A stretch of 64,000 bases of DNA from Vulcanimicrobiota bacterium. GTDB lineage: Bacteria; Vulcanimicrobiota; Vulcanimicrobiia; Vulcanimicrobiales; Vulcanimicrobiaceae. The stretch is taken from NCBI GenBank assembly GCA_963812155.1, contig CAWETW010000001.1, positions 256,001 to 320,000 on the forward strand. Reading direction: 5' to 3'. The notes beneath the pieces were generated by a model. The model made no database searches and was not told the origin of the DNA. It worked only from the letters and a program-made list of their open reading frames with translations. Position 1 is the first letter of the stretch; every line of letters starts with the position of its first letter. Shown piece by piece: positions 63,722 to 64,000 of this stretch. Made by a program: the position numbers and the translations under genes.

Positions 63722-63761
63722 CTTCGACGTCGCGCCTTCGGCGCTTCGCTCAGCGTGACAC
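63722..63761. repeat. REP-like dispersed repeat
   Basis: CTTCGAC-GTC-GCGCC-TTC-GGCGC-TTCGCTCAGCGTGACAC. Confidence 0.7.
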
Positions 63762-63789
63762 CGTGAGCCGCCTCGGCCTCCCGCCGAGG

Positions 63790-64000
63790 CTAGAGATCCT
63801 CGGGGTTGATGCCCTTGAGCCGGTCGTACTGGGTCGTCTTCGGCGGGGCGTGCACGTTGACGTTGTCTTCGTATACGCCCTCGTACTGAACGGTCAGCGG
63901 CTCCCGGTTGCGCTCGTACGCGGTCACCAGGCGGCTCATGCCGTCGCCGTTGGCGCCCATGACCTCCGCGAGCGCCGCGTCGTCGGCAGTCATGCCGGCA
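63790..64000 (-). CDS. 3' end of a CDS entering from outside the window, product unknown
   Basis: Open frame with GC-rich third positions ending KGINPEDL; hairpin GCCTCGGC/GCCGAGGC right after the stop. Confidence 0.6.
   Translation of the reverse strand, partial: AGMTADDAALAEVMGANGDGMSRLVTAYERNREPLTVQYEGVYEDNVNVHAPPKTTQYDRLKGINPEDL

Overview
High-GC bacterial chromosomal window. The gene style suggests a diderm Terrabacteria member, probably Candidatus Eremiobacterota/Vulcanimicrobiota; this is an inference with no database check. Positions 5.9-28.9 kb hold the str/S10/spc ribosomal protein cluster on the minus strand, and it is rearranged. rpsJ is separated from rplC by about 5 kb of unrelated genes, and rplC has its own sigma70-type promoter and structured leader. 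rpmD and infA are missing from their usual places, and rpsM is not followed by rpsK/rpsD/rpoA/rplQ. The left end has tandem secreted proteins (copper-amine-oxidase N-terminal-like domain, Pro linker, beta-barrel-like C-terminus). The 29-53 kb region has envelope-modifying enzymes, orphan prepilin-like genes, two DUF3311/sodium:solute symporter pairs and an interrupted anthraniloyl/salicylyl-CoA catabolic cluster. The 53-64 kb region has a TonB-dependent-receptor-like gene with an unusual duplicated C-terminal extension and a two-component system. It also has an AT-richer MalT/LuxR-type regulator followed by a palindromic operator, a promoter, an unannotated 23-aa hydrophobic peptide ORF and a structured RNA; this is my best candidate for an undescribed system. 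A divergent HIT/pseudo-HIT pair is also notable. At least ten genes, including essential rpsQ, carry apparent +1 single-base frameshifts, most likely sequencing or assembly errors, so several long ORFs in the track are false fusions. I recognised no rRNA, tRNA, CRISPR array or transposase.
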